From contig CAWDUL010000005.1 in assembly GCA_963805575.1 (NCBI GenBank), positions 683,473-747,472 on the forward strand: 64,000 nt of DNA, given 5' to 3'. A program made the position numbers and the translations under genes. Positions 1 to 9,509 of the stretch are shown piece by piece. Source of the DNA: an uncultured Actinomycetes bacterium (GTDB lineage: Bacteria; Actinomycetota; Thermoleophilia; Gaiellales; Gaiellaceae). The notes under the pieces are model-generated. The model had not been told where the DNA came from, made no database searches, and saw nothing but the letters and a program-made list of their open reading frames with translations. Position 1 is the stretch's first letter; every line of letters starts with the position of its first letter.

Positions 1-2
1 TC

Positions 3-2864
3 AACGGCTCCGTGATCGCGAGCGGCAACTCGACGAGCATCACGTGGGACTCCACGAGTGTCGGCGACGGCCCCGTGCAGCTCCAGGTGCGCGCCACCGA
101 TCCCGCAGGCAACACGACCACGTCGGCCCAGACGACCGTCACGGTCGACAACAATGCGCCGAGCCCGACGGTGGACGATCCGGGCGCAGCGATCTCCGGC
201 ACGCCGATGCTCTCGGCGAGCACCGACGCCGACACCGCGACGGTCGCTTTCGAGGAGCGCGTACAGGGCGCCGCGACCTGGACGTCGCTCGCCACGGTCG
301 GTCCGCCCTTCCATACCCCGTTCGCCACCGGCAGCCTCACCGACGGCACCTACGAGCTGCGCGCGATCGCAACCGACGGCGCGGGCCACACGGGCACGAG
401 CCCGGTGCGGACGGTCGTCGTCGACAACACGCTGCCGACCGGCTCGATCACCCAGCCGAGCGCCGGACAGATCATCGGCGGTCCCAACTCGCAGCTCCAG
501 GCGACCGCGAGCGATGCCGGTGCGGGCGTGCAGAGCGTCGAGTACCAGTACACCCTGGCCGGCACGAACGGCTGGACGTCCATCGCGACCGTCACGAGCG
601 CGCCCTACGACACGACCTGGGACGCGACCGCCGTGGCGACGAACGACTACGACCTGCGCATCCTCGTGACCGACAACGCCGGCAACGTACGGACGACGAC
701 GCCCGTCACCGTGCACGTCGACTCGACCGCTCCGACCACGACGTTCAACGACCCGGGCACGAGCCTCACCGGCACGGTGGCCCTGAGCGCGACGACCGCC
801 GGCCCCGGTGCCGTCAGCGTCTCGTTCGAGGTGAGCCCCGCCGGCGCCAACACCTGGCAGACGATCTCCACCGACAACACGTCCCCTTGGACGGGAAGCT
901 TCGACACGAGCATCGTCCCGGACGGGCTCTACGACATCCGCGCGAGAGCGGTCGACGCAGTCGGCAACGTCGGCACGTCGGTACGGACGAACATCCGCAT
1001 CGACAACACGGCGCCGAGCATCGGCGCGACGTCGCCGGCCGACGGCGAGGTCGTCTCGGCGGCAACGTCGATCACGCTCGACGAGAGCGAGCTCTCCACC
1101 CTCAGCAACGTGAAGCTGGACGGCCTGTCTACCGTCGTGCCGACGATCACCGGCACCCACGTCGACTTCGCGACCGGCACACTCGCCGACGGGCCACACA
1201 CGCTCTCGGCGACGCTGACCGACCTGACCGGCAAGACGTCCCCGATTCTCCTCCACTTCACGGTCTACACACCCGGGACGACGCCGACGCCGCCGTACGT
1301 CGAGAAGAACACGCGGTTGGCGAACACGACCAACCTCGTCGCGGCGGGCGGCGACACGACCGTCGTCATGCCGGCCCACGCGTGGTCGCCGACGGTGAAC
1401 CCAGGTGACTGGCTCGTGCTGAAGATCGCCCCTGAGCTTCCGTCCTCGTTCAACTCGCCGCTCCCGATCCAGTCGGTGGTCGACGTGACCGCACGCTGGG
1501 CACTGGCCGGCGACGAGGTCCACCAGTTCGCAAGCCCGCTCGCGATCGACATGAACACCGTCGACCCGGGCTACGTTCCGGCCACCTACGAAGGCTCGGC
1601 GTGGCGCCTGCTGCGCAGCGTTCCCACTGCCGGCGAGCTTCCGGCGGACTGGAGCGACGGCTACTGGCGCACCGACGGCGTCGTGCACGTGCTCACGCGC
1701 CACCTCACGCTCTTCGCGCTCGTGCAGGATCAGACGCCTCCGGGCGCCCCCACCGATCTGAACGGCTCGGTCGAAGGCGGCCTGTTCACCCTTCGCTGGA
1801 CACCGTTCCAGCAGCAGGGCAAGACGATCGCGAACTTCGTGCTCTTCGCCGACGACCAGCCGATCAGCAACCTCGGCGCGACCGAGCTCCAGTACGCGGT
1901 CGGCACGTTCGATCCCAACGACTCGCGCGCCTTCTCGATCGTCGAGATCGACACGCTCGGCAACCGGAGCGAGCGCAGCGCGGCCGTCAAGATCGTGCCG
2001 AAGCTCGCCGGGCTCTCGCTGAACGACGCGCGCAACGCGCTCAACGCCAGGGGCTTCGGCGTCGGTGCCGTCACCGTCGTCGACTCGTCGCTGCCGGCCG
2101 GCACCATCGTCGGCCCCACGCCTCCCGTCACCGCTCCGGTCGGCTCGGCTATGCCGCTGCAGGTCTCGGCCGGGCCGGGTCAGTCGGCGACCAAGTTCGT
2201 CTTCAACGTGATCGGGACGAAGAGCCTCGTGCTCACACAGCGGTCCTTCATCGGTGTGCGCCTCTCCTCGACCCGCCTGACGACACTGAGCGCCGACCTC
2301 GTCACGAGTCGCGGCACCCGGGTCTACACGTGGCACCAGACGGCGCGAGCGGGTGTCTCGATCGCGAAGCTCGCGCTCCCGAAGAAGGTGCGGAAGCCCG
2401 GGACGTACAGGCTTCTCTGGACTGCAACCTCGGGTGGAGACGTCGTCCGCAGGTCGATCGCCGTTCGCATCCTGAAGACCGCGAAGGTCGCGGCGGCGCA
2501 GGCTCGCAACAGCAAGAAGAAGGACGTCGTGCTCGTCGGCTCGGGCCTCACGAGGCAGCTCGCTGCGAAGCAGAAGCTGCCGGGCTCCCGTCTCGTCGCG
2601 GCGAGCGCCGACGCGGCCTTTGCGTTCGTAGGCGATCCGAAGCGCAACGTCCGGGTGATCGTCATCGACCTCGACCAGTATCCGGTGAACCTCGTCCACA
2701 ACCTCCGCATCCTCTTCCCCTCGAGCTCGTTGCGGATCGTCGTGCTCACGAACAATGCGAAGAAGCGCGCACGCGCTCGCGACGTCGGTGCGAACGTCTA
2801 TCTGCCGAAGCGGACGACCGGGTTCCTGCTCCGCAGCATCGTCACCGGTCTCAGCCTCCGATAG
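3..2864 (+). CDS. Large multidomain protein, 5'-truncated at the window edge: at least 5 tandem Ig-like repeats, an FN3-like module, a PASTA domain and a C-terminal receiver-like module
   Basis: The frame of ORF 12..2864 stays open back to the window edge. It has ~95-aa repeats ending like 'YELRAIATDGAGHTG..VVVDNTLPTG', 'YDLRILVTDNAGNV..VHVDSTAPTT' and 'YDIRARAVDAVGNV..IRIDNTAPSI'. 'PPGAPTDLNG..FTLRWTP' is FN3-like and 'LAGLSLNDARNALNARGFGVGAVTVVDSSLPAGTIVG' is PASTA-like. Confidence 0.75.
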   Translation, partial: NGSVIASGNSTSITWDSTSVGDGPVQLQVRATDPAGNTTTSAQTTVTVDNNAPSPTVDDPGAAISGTPMLSASTDADTATVAFEERVQGAATWTSLATVGPPFHTPFATGSLTDGTYELRAIATDGAGHTGTSPVRTVVVDNTLPTGSITQPSAGQIIGGPNSQLQATASDAGAGVQSVEYQYTLAGTNGWTSIATVTSAPYDTTWDATAVATNDYDLRILVTDNAGNVRTTTPVTVHVDSTAPTTTFNDPGTSLTGTVALSATTAGPGAVSVSFEVSPAGANTWQTISTDNTSPWTGSFDTSIVPDGLYDIRARAVDAVGNVGTSVRTNIRIDNTAPSIGATSPADGEVVSAATSITLDESELSTLSNVKLDGLSTVVPTITGTHVDFATGTLADGPHTLSATLTDLTGKTSPILLHFTVYTPGTTPTPPYVEKNTRLANTTNLVAAGGDTTVVMPAHAWSPTVNPGDWLVLKIAPELPSSFNSPLPIQSVVDVTARWALAGDEVHQFASPLAIDMNTVDPGYVPATYEGSAWRLLRSVPTAGELPADWSDGYWRTDGVVHVLTRHLTLFALVQDQTPPGAPTDLNGSVEGGLFTLRWTPFQQQGKTIANFVLFADDQPISNLGATELQYAVGTFDPNDSRAFSIVEIDTLGNRSERSAAVKIVPKLAGLSLNDARNALNARGFGVGAVTVVDSSLPAGTIVGPTPPVTAPVGSAMPLQVSAGPGQSATKFVFNVIGTKSLVLTQRSFIGVRLSSTRLTTLSADLVTSRGTRVYTWHQTARAGVSIAKLALPKKVRKPGTYRLLWTATSGGDVVRRSIAVRILKTAKVAAAQARNSKKKDVVLVGSGLTRQLAAKQKLPGSRLVAASADAAFAFVGDPKRNVRVIVIDLDQYPVNLVHNLRILFPSSSLRIVVLTNNAKKRARARDVGANVYLPKRTTGFLLRSIVTGLSLR

Positions 2865-2867
2865 CGC

Positions 2868-3461
2868 CTAGGGCTCGCGAGTGGCGCCCGGGCGCCAGAG
2901 CGGCTCGTCGCGCCCGGCGAGGGCATTGGCGGCGCGCCCGAGGATGAACAGCAGATCCGAAAGCCGGTTCAGATAGACGAGGGCGAGCGGGTTCACGCCC
3001 TGCGCGCCGGCGGCGGTGATCGCAGCGATCTCGGCGCGGCGGCAAACGGCACGCGCGACATTGAGACGCGCAGCGGTCTCGGTACCTCCGGGCAGGATGA
3101 AGCTCTTGAGCTCGGGCAGCATCTCGTTGTGCTCGTCGCACAGCCGCTCGAGGCCGTCGATCATCTGCTGCGTGACGCGAAGGCGCTCGTCCGGCCCTGC
3201 AAAAGGAACGGAGAGGTCGGCGCCAACGTCGAACAACTCGTTCTGCACACGGTCGAGCGACGGCCGCAACGTCTCGGGGAAGTCCGGCGCGGCGAGTACC
3301 AGTCCGAGCTGCGAGTTGAGCTCGTCCACGATGCCGTACGCGACGATCCGCAGATCGAGCTTGGATGCCCGCGATCCATCGCCGAGGCTCGTCTCTCCGC
3401 CGTCACCGCCACGCGTGTAGATCTTCGTGAGGCGGACGGGCTCGTTTCTGTCGCGCGCCAT
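2868..3461 (-). CDS. PduO-type ATP:cob(I)alamin adenosyltransferase
   Basis: 'IYTRGGDGGETSLGDGSRASKLDLRIVAYGIVDELNSQLG' is the typical PduO-type N-terminus. I trimmed the start to the in-frame ATG at 3461 (MARDRNEPVRLTKIY); the upstream 26 codons of the track ORF look spurious. Confidence 0.85.
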   Translation of the reverse strand: MARDRNEPVRLTKIYTRGGDGGETSLGDGSRASKLDLRIVAYGIVDELNSQLGLVLAAPDFPETLRPSLDRVQNELFDVGADLSVPFAGPDERLRVTQQMIDGLERLCDEHNEMLPELKSFILPGGTETAARLNVARAVCRRAEIAAITAAGAQGVNPLALVYLNRLSDLLFILGRAANALAGRDEPLWRPGATREP

Positions 3462-3478
3462 CGCCGTACAGTACGTGG

Positions 3479-3916
3479 ATGATCCGACGCGGGACTGCAG
3501 AAGACATCGAGTCGATCGCCGCGCTGTACGAGCGCTCATTCGGAACGCTCACGTTCCTGCCCGTTCTGCACACTCGCGAAGAGCACGTGCGCTGGTTCTC
3601 GAGCGTGATGGAGCGGGACGAGCTCTGGCTCTACGAGGACGACGGCACGATCGTGGGCTTCATGATGCTCGGCGACGATGTGCTCAGGTACATCTTCCTC
3701 GAGCCGCGCGTGTTCCGCCGTGGGATCGGAACCGCCCTGCTCGACCTGGCGAAGGAGCGCAGGCCCGGCGGTTTCACCCTCTGGACGTTCCAGCAGAACG
3801 AGGGCGCCCGCGCGTTCTACGAGCGGCACGGCCTCGAGGCGATCCGCTTTACCGACGGCGAGGGCAACGAGGAGAAGACGCCCGACGTCCAGTACGCGTG
3901 GCGACCGGGCCGCTGA
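3479..3916 (+). CDS. GNAT family N-acetyltransferase
   Basis: 145 aa with the acetyl-CoA-binding region 'IFLEPRVFRRGIGTALLDLA' and the C-terminal 'NEGARAFYERHGL' motif typical of GNAT folds. Confidence 0.8.
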   Translation: MIRRGTAEDIESIAALYERSFGTLTFLPVLHTREEHVRWFSSVMERDELWLYEDDGTIVGFMMLGDDVLRYIFLEPRVFRRGIGTALLDLAKERRPGGFTLWTFQQNEGARAFYERHGLEAIRFTDGEGNEEKTPDVQYAWRPGR

Positions 3917-3949
3917 GCCGGGCCAGCCGGCACACCTGCGGAGATGAGC

Positions 3950-4135
3950 CGGATCCGGACGTGTCCGGTGCCAGGCACGAGACGTGTCCGTTGGGGGCAG
4001 GCCACCGTTGAAAAAGGCGCCTTACTGCAGGCGTTGCCGCGTTGAGCCGAACGCGGACATTGCCTCGAACGGCCACGTCTGGTGCCAGGCACCGGCCGTG
4101 TCTGTTGGGGGCAGGCCGCCGCCGGGCGACTGTGG
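3950..4135. repeat. Two degenerate ~114-bp units of a palindrome-cored intergenic repeat, related to the 43.7-kb array in opposite orientation
   Basis: GGTGCCAGGCAC occurs at 3967 and 4081. Each copy is followed by GTGTC(C/T)GTTGGGGGCAGGCC and flanked by ACGTG/ACGTC motifs. The element lies between convergent genes. Confidence 0.7.
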
Positions 4136-4137
4136 GG

Positions 4138-5301
4138 CTAGCCCTGCGCGAGCGTGCGCTGCGTGAGACCGAGGATCTCGCGTGCGATCACGAGCCGCTG
4201 GATCTCGCTCGTGCCTTCGTAGATCTCGGTGACCTTGGCGTCGCGGTAGTAGCGCTCGACCGGGAACTCCTTCGTGTAGCCGTAGCCGCCGAGGATCTGG
4301 ATCGCCTCGCCGGTCTGGCGTCGCGCCATCTCGGACGCGAAGAGCTTCGCCTTCGCACCCGCCTCGGTGTGCGGCTCGCCCTTCTCCTTCAACCACGCAG
4401 CGCGATACACGAGGAGGCGGGCCGCGTCGATCTCCGTCGACATGTCGGCGAGCTTCTGCTGGATCGCCTGGAACTCGGCGATCGCGCGACCGAATGCATG
4501 GCGCTCCTTCGCATATTCGCGTGCGACGTCGTAGGCAGCCTGCGCGATGCCGACCGCCTGCGCGGCAATCCCGATGCGACCGCCGTCGAGCGTACCCATC
4601 GCAACCCGAAAGCCCTTGCCCTCCTCGTGCAGCAGCCGGTCGCGGCCGACGAGCGCTCCCTCGATCACGATGTCGTTCGTCACTGACGAATTGAGGCCGA
4701 GCTTCTCCTCGTCGCGCGTGACGCGAACGTGCTCGGCGTCGAGGACGAATGCGCTGACGCCGCGCGCACCCGGCTGCTCCTGATCGGTCCGCGCGAAGAG
4801 CAGGAACGTGCCGGCGTATCGACCGTTCGTGATCCACTGCTTCGCGCCGGTGATCCGCCAGCCGTCGCCGTCTGCCTCCGCGCGGGTGCGCAATGAGCCT
4901 GCGTCGGATCCGGACTCGGGCTCGGTCAGCGCGAACGCGCCGAGATGCTCGCCCCGCGCGAGCGGCGGCACGAACCGCGCCCGCTGCTCCTCCGTCCCGA
5001 ACGCGAGCAGCGGCAGGGTCGCAGCACTCGTGTGCACCGCCACGGTCACCCCCACGCCCGCATCGGCGCGCGAAAGCTCCTCGAGCACGAGGATGTACGA
5101 CAGGAAGTCCGCGCCGGCGCCCCCGTACTCTTCCGGCACGCAGACGCCCATCAGGCCGAGCTCTGCGAGCTTCGTGAACACCTCCCGCGGGAAGCGATGC
5201 TCACGATCCCAGCCCGACGCGAACGGCTCGATCTCCTGCCGCGCGAAGTCGCGCGTGAGCCCCTGAATCTCTTTCTGCTCCGGCGCAAGCTCGAAGTCCA
5301 C
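4138..5301 (-). CDS. Acyl-CoA dehydrogenase (short/butyryl-CoA type)
   Basis: 387 aa from the GTG at 5301 (VDFELAPEQKEIQGLTRDFARQEIEPF). The C-terminus 'YEGTSEIQRLVIAREIL' is the canonical ACAD end. The upstream 66 codons of the track ORF are Ala/Arg junk. Confidence 0.9.
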   Translation of the reverse strand: MDFELAPEQKEIQGLTRDFARQEIEPFASGWDREHRFPREVFTKLAELGLMGVCVPEEYGGAGADFLSYILVLEELSRADAGVGVTVAVHTSAATLPLLAFGTEEQRARFVPPLARGEHLGAFALTEPESGSDAGSLRTRAEADGDGWRITGAKQWITNGRYAGTFLLFARTDQEQPGARGVSAFVLDAEHVRVTRDEEKLGLNSSVTNDIVIEGALVGRDRLLHEEGKGFRVAMGTLDGGRIGIAAQAVGIAQAAYDVAREYAKERHAFGRAIAEFQAIQQKLADMSTEIDAARLLVYRAAWLKEKGEPHTEAGAKAKLFASEMARRQTGEAIQILGGYGYTKEFPVERYYRDAKVTEIYEGTSEIQRLVIAREILGLTQRTLAQG

Positions 5302-5323
5302 GCGCGGACTATAGTCGGGGCAG

Positions 5324-5764
5324 GTGAACCGTCTTCTGGCTCTCGGAGCCGTGCTCGTCGTGGTGGTGGCGGGCTCGGGAGCAGCGACCGCGGCAACGCG
5401 CCCCGCATCGCCTGCCGCCGTTGCGCGCGCCTGGAGCAAGGCTCTCAACGCGAACGACAACGCCGCAGCGGCCGCGCTCTTCGCCCATAACGCCCACATC
5501 GTTCAGCCCGGCGTCGACGGGGTGCTCAAGACGCGCGCCATCGCGGTCTTGTTCAACGCGTCATTGCCCTGCGCCGGCCACATCACCGACATCACGGTGC
5601 ATGGAGACCGCGCAGTCGCGACGTTCGTGCTCGGCGAGCGGCCGAAGCATCACTGCGACGCGCCCGGGATGAAAGCAGCTGCGTTGTTCGTCGTGCGGAA
5701 CGGAAAGATCACGCTCTGGCAGCAGGTCGCCGTTCCGAAGCCGAACCCCGGCAAGATCGCCTAG
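5324..5764 (+). CDS. Secreted NTF2/SnoaL-like domain protein
   Basis: It has the signal-like N-terminus 'MNRLLALGAVLVVVVAGSGAATAA', then 'AWSKALNANDNAAAAALFAHNAHIV...RNGKITLWQQV', which resembles the NTF2-like fold. Confidence 0.55.
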   Translation: MNRLLALGAVLVVVVAGSGAATAATRPASPAAVARAWSKALNANDNAAAAALFAHNAHIVQPGVDGVLKTRAIAVLFNASLPCAGHITDITVHGDRAVATFVLGERPKHHCDAPGMKAAALFVVRNGKITLWQQVAVPKPNPGKIA

Positions 5765-6855
5765 GCGGCAGAGAGCTCGAGCTGCACTTCGTGCAGCTCG
5801 GCTTGGCGGTCTCGGAATGCGTCGACCACGTCCGGATCGAACTGCTTCCCGGCCTGCTCGAAGATCTCGTCACGCGCACTCGTCCACGGCATCGCGCTCC
5901 GGTACGGGCGGTTGCTCGTCATCGCATCGAGCGAGTCGGCGACCGCGAACACGCGCGCCCCAAGCGGAATCTCGGTGCCGGCGACGCCGTCGGGGTAGCC
6001 CTGCCCGTCCCAGCGCTCGTGATGCGACCGGACGATCTTGAGCCCCTCGCCCTGGAGGAACGCGACGCCTCCGAGCATCTGCTCGCCGAGAACCGTGTGC
6101 GTCTGCATCCGGTGACGCTCGTCGGGAGTCAACGGCCCCGGCTTCTGCAGGATCCCGTCCGGGATCCCGATCTTGCCGACGTCGTGCAGGAGAAAGCCGT
6201 AGCGGACTCCGGGATCCAGTGTCAGACGCTCGGGGTCGATCGTTGCGAGCAGCTCGACCGCATACCGCTCGACGCGATACGAGTGTGCGTGCGTGTGTGT
6301 GTCCCGCGACTCGAGCGCCGTCGCGAGGGCCGTCACGGTCTCGAGATAGGAATCCTGCAGGAGTGTCCGCTGGCCGCGCTCGACCTCGAGCAGATGCTGG
6401 AGATCGCGGGCATACAGCAGCACCTCTTCCTCGGCGAACGCAGCCTTGCGCGATGCCCGTGCGGGAATGCCACGCTCCCCACCCGCAAGCCGCTCGACCA
6501 CGGCGAGCAGGTCGAGCGGGCTGAACGGCTTGCGCACGAGCGCCTCGGCGCCGCAGCGTTTCGCGCGCCGCGCCTCCTCCTCGTCGGCGCCCGTCAGGAG
6601 GACGATCGGAATCTTCTTCGTCCGCGACTCGCCCTTCAGACGCGTGCACAATTCAGCGCCGCTCATTCCCGGCATGCGCAGGTCGAGCACGATCACGTCC
6701 GGCCGGCGCGTCTTGATCCGAGCCTCGGCCTCGAGTGCTGACGCAGCTTCGTCCACTTGCACGTGCGCGCCTTCGAACGTCGCGCGCAGCAATTCGCGCA
6801 GCGCCGGCTCGTCGTCGACGAGCAAGATCTTCACTGAGCGTTCACCCCCCTTCAC
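5761..6855 (-). CDS. Response regulator with HD-GYP output domain (RpfG-like c-di-GMP phosphodiesterase)
   Basis: The receiver shows 'ILLVDDEP...DVIVLDLRMPGMSG...VLLTG...KPF'. The HD-GYP motifs are 'HDVGKIGIPDGILQKPGPLT' and 'HHERWDGQGYPDG'. Confidence 0.9.
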   Translation of the reverse strand: MKGGERSVKILLVDDEPALRELLRATFEGAHVQVDEAASALEAEARIKTRRPDVIVLDLRMPGMSGAELCTRLKGESRTKKIPIVLLTGADEEEARRAKRCGAEALVRKPFSPLDLLAVVERLAGGERGIPARASRKAAFAEEEVLLYARDLQHLLEVERGQRTLLQDSYLETVTALATALESRDTHTHAHSYRVERYAVELLATIDPERLTLDPGVRYGFLLHDVGKIGIPDGILQKPGPLTPDERHRMQTHTVLGEQMLGGVAFLQGEGLKIVRSHHERWDGQGYPDGVAGTEIPLGARVFAVADSLDAMTSNRPYRSAMPWTSARDEIFEQAGKQFDPDVVDAFRDRQAELHEVQLELSAA

Positions 6856-6952
6856 GACTAGTTTTCCCGTTCGGCAACGAGTGAAAACCCAAAATCCCTC
6901 ATTCGAGGGTCACCGTGAAGAAAGACTCCTGACAGCGCGGAAACCTGCGGTG

Positions 6953-7786
6953 TCAGGCGTACGTGTAGAAACCACGCCCGGACTTCCGGCCGAGCCGGCC
7001 GGCTTGCACGTACTGGCGCAGGAGCGGGCACGGAGCGTATTTGGGATTCCCCAGGCCTTCGTGGAGCATCTCCATGATCGCGACGCACGTATCGAGCCCG
7101 ATCAGGTCGGCGAGCGCCAGCGGGCCCATCGGATGCGCGAATCCCAGTCGCGCGACCATGTCGATCGCCTCGGGATCGGCGACGCCCTCGAGCAGCGCGT
7201 ACGCGGCTTCGTTGATGAACGGCATGAGGATCCGGTTGGAGACGAACCCAGGGAGGTCGCGCGCCTCGGCCGGCGTCTTGCCGAGATCGGTTGCAAGCGC
7301 CGTGATCGCTTTCGCCGTTTCGTCGGACGTCTCGAGACCGCGGATCACCTCGACGAGGTTCAACAAGGGCACGGGATTGAAGAAGTGCATGCCGATCACA
7401 CGGTCGGGGCGCGACGTCGCAGCGGCGAGCAGCGTGATCGGGATCGACGACGTGTTCGACGCCAGCAGCGCTGCGGGAGGCAGCACCTCGTCGGCACGCC
7501 GGAAGATGTCGCGCTTGACGTCCGCATTCTCGACGACTGCCTCGATCATCAGATCGGCCGAGACGATGCCGTCAACCGGCTCGATGCGGGCGAGCACCTC
7601 GCCGGGATCGCCTCCGCCCTTCTCTGCGAGCCGCGTGAGGCTCTTGCCGATCGCTGCGAGCCCGCGTTCGATCGCGCCCGGCGCGGCGTCGTACAGCGAG
7701 ACCCTGCGGCCGGACGCGGCGACGACCTGCGCGATGCCGCCGCCCATCTGGCCGGCGCCCACCACGAGCACGTGTTCGAACTCCAT
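6953..7786 (-). CDS. hbd: 3-hydroxybutyryl-CoA dehydrogenase
   Basis: It has the Rossmann N-terminus '[21 protein letters not shown]', 'SNTSSIPIT' and '[16 protein letters not shown]'. The 277-aa length is typical. Confidence 0.9.
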   Translation of the reverse strand: MEFEHVLVVGAGQMGGGIAQVVAASGRRVSLYDAAPGAIERGLAAIGKSLTRLAEKGGGDPGEVLARIEPVDGIVSADLMIEAVVENADVKRDIFRRADEVLPPAALLASNTSSIPITLLAAATSRPDRVIGMHFFNPVPLLNLVEVIRGLETSDETAKAITALATDLGKTPAEARDLPGFVSNRILMPFINEAAYALLEGVADPEAIDMVARLGFAHPMGPLALADLIGLDTCVAIMEMLHEGLGNPKYAPCPLLRQYVQAGRLGRKSGRGFYTYA

Positions 7787-7810
7787 CGCGAGTCAGGCTA
7801 TCGTCGGGAC

Positions 7811-8584
7811 GTGCCTTCGATCGATGTGAACGGTGCGCAGCTCTGGGTGGAGGAGGAAGGAACCGGACCTGCGGTGCTCTTCCTCCACGGCGGGCTCGGC
7901 GACCTGCGGCTCTGGGAGCCAGAGGCCCGCGCGCTCTCGGACCGCTTCCGCAGCATTCGCTTCGACCTGCGTTTCTACGGCCGGTCCACAGGGCCGAGCG
8001 TCGAGTTCTCGATGATCGACGACGTCGTCGGGGCTCTCGACGCGCTCGGCGTCGAGCGGGCGGCACTGGTCGGCCTGTCGATCGGCGGCGCGCTCGCTCT
8101 CGACGTCGCACTGACGCACCCGGAACGCGTGTGGGCCGTGGCGCACGTTGCCGGCGGCCTGAGCGGCGCGCCGCTCGACGTCTATTCGGCTGAACAGGAG
8201 GCCGCGTATGAGGCCGCCATCGAGGCCGGCCGGCTGGACGCCGCGATGGACGTCGACTTCGCCGTATGGGCGCCGCTCGGCGTCGACGACGCGTTGCGCG
8301 ACCTCTGGCGCGCGACACCCGACGTCCTCGGCCTCCCGGACGGCGCGACCGAGACGCCGCGTCCGGCAACACACACCCGTCTCGCCGAGATCCAGGCGCC
8401 CACGCTCGTCGTCGTCGCAACGCACGACCCGCCCGGGCTGAAGGCGGCCGACCGGCGTGTGGCGAGTGAGGTGCCGGGCGCCCGCCTCGCCGAGGTCGAC
8501 TCGGACCACTACCTGACACTTCGCGAGCCCGAGCAGGTCTCCGAGCTGCTGCGCGAATTCCTCCTGTCTGCATCGCCGCAGTAG
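7811..8584 (+). CDS. Alpha/beta hydrolase fold protein
   Basis: Only the last 257 codons of track ORF 6446..8584 look real, starting at the GTG at 7811. Evidence is 'AVLFLHGGLGD', the nucleophile elbow 'GLSIGG' and the C-terminal 'DSDHY'. Confidence 0.8.
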   Translation: MPSIDVNGAQLWVEEEGTGPAVLFLHGGLGDLRLWEPEARALSDRFRSIRFDLRFYGRSTGPSVEFSMIDDVVGALDALGVERAALVGLSIGGALALDVALTHPERVWAVAHVAGGLSGAPLDVYSAEQEAAYEAAIEAGRLDAAMDVDFAVWAPLGVDDALRDLWRATPDVLGLPDGATETPRPATHTRLAEIQAPTLVVVATHDPPGLKAADRRVASEVPGARLAEVDSDHYLTLREPEQVSELLREFLLSASPQ

Positions 8585-8596
8585 CGGCGTCCGCGA

Positions 8597-9430
8597 TCAG
8601 CCGTTCGGATAGGAGATCTTCCAGGTCGTGGTGTCAAGGGCGACGAACGTCGCGCCGCCGCTTATCTGGTCGACGGAGAGGCTCTTCCCGTCATCGCTCA
8701 GCGTGAGGCGCATGTTCCACGGAGCGTTCTGGTCACCGCGCCACGGAATCCCGATGCAGTGCGCCACACCTCGCACCGTGTCGAGTGCGTGGACGAACGG
8801 GTAGCCGCCCGGGTTCGCGTAGAGGGTGTAGGCCCAACGCCCGTCGGATGTCGTCGCCCGGTCGACGGCCCATCCCTGCATCACCCAGCTCTTCTGGGTC
8901 TTGTCGGCGACGCGGCCCGGGAGGAGCTTGTGCTTCTTCAGGTCGTACGCGCGCACGACGTAGTGCTGGATGTCCTGCGTCGAGGTGTGCTGGATGAGAT
9001 AGAGCTTCGACCCGTCCGGCGAGACCGCGTCGAACCCGAACGTTCCCTTCAGCTTGATCGTCTCGCGCGGCACGAGATCCTTCGCGCCGACGATCATGAA
9101 GCTCGAGGTCGGCTTGAGACCCATGCTCTGGAGCACGAACGCGCTGCCGTCGTGGAAGAGGCCGCCGGCGAGGCCCGCCTGCGTGAGCTGCGCGATTCCG
9201 AAGGCACCGCGAACCGTTCGCGACGTCGACATCGCGTCGCCTTGCGCGCCGACCGCCTCGATGCGGGTGTTCGAGCCGACCTTGAAGGTGACGAAATGCT
9301 GCGAGCCGTCGAGGCTCGGCAGGCCGTCGCTGCCCTGGACGGCGTACGGTGCCGGAAAGGCCCCCGAAGCGGCCTGCACGGCCACTAACGCTCCGACGAC
9401 GGCGATGAGGGAGACGAGCAAGCGGGTCAT
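8597..9430 (-). CDS. Secreted hypothetical protein
   Basis: It has the signal peptide 'MTRLLVSLIAVVGALVAVQAASGA', normal composition and a clean ORF. I recognise no family. Confidence 0.6.
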   Translation of the reverse strand: MTRLLVSLIAVVGALVAVQAASGAFPAPYAVQGSDGLPSLDGSQHFVTFKVGSNTRIEAVGAQGDAMSTSRTVRGAFGIAQLTQAGLAGGLFHDGSAFVLQSMGLKPTSSFMIVGAKDLVPRETIKLKGTFGFDAVSPDGSKLYLIQHTSTQDIQHYVVRAYDLKKHKLLPGRVADKTQKSWVMQGWAVDRATTSDGRWAYTLYANPGGYPFVHALDTVRGVAHCIGIPWRGDQNAPWNMRLTLSDDGKSLSVDQISGGATFVALDTTTWKISYPNG

Positions 9431-9509
9431 CGTTCCTCCTTGAGACGCTGACGGTACTCCTACACCGCCCGCGCCGCCAGGGTTCCGCCGAGCCCTCTAC
9501 GCCGAGCCC

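Noticed and set aside
44-1408. Long alternative-frame ORFs overlapping the Ig-like protein gene (44..1408, 58..669, and the minus-strand ORFs 350..1558).
   Set aside because: They are extremely Arg/Pro/Ala-rich with no motifs and lie entirely inside a well-supported repeat-domain gene. This is the typical stop-codon-poor shadow ORF of a ~70 % G+C genome.
6446-7810. The N-terminal 455 codons of the 712-aa track ORF 6446..8584.
   Set aside because: This part is antisense to the HD-GYP regulator and hbd genes and is Ser/Arg-rich junk. Only the portion from the GTG at 7811 has alpha/beta-hydrolase motifs.
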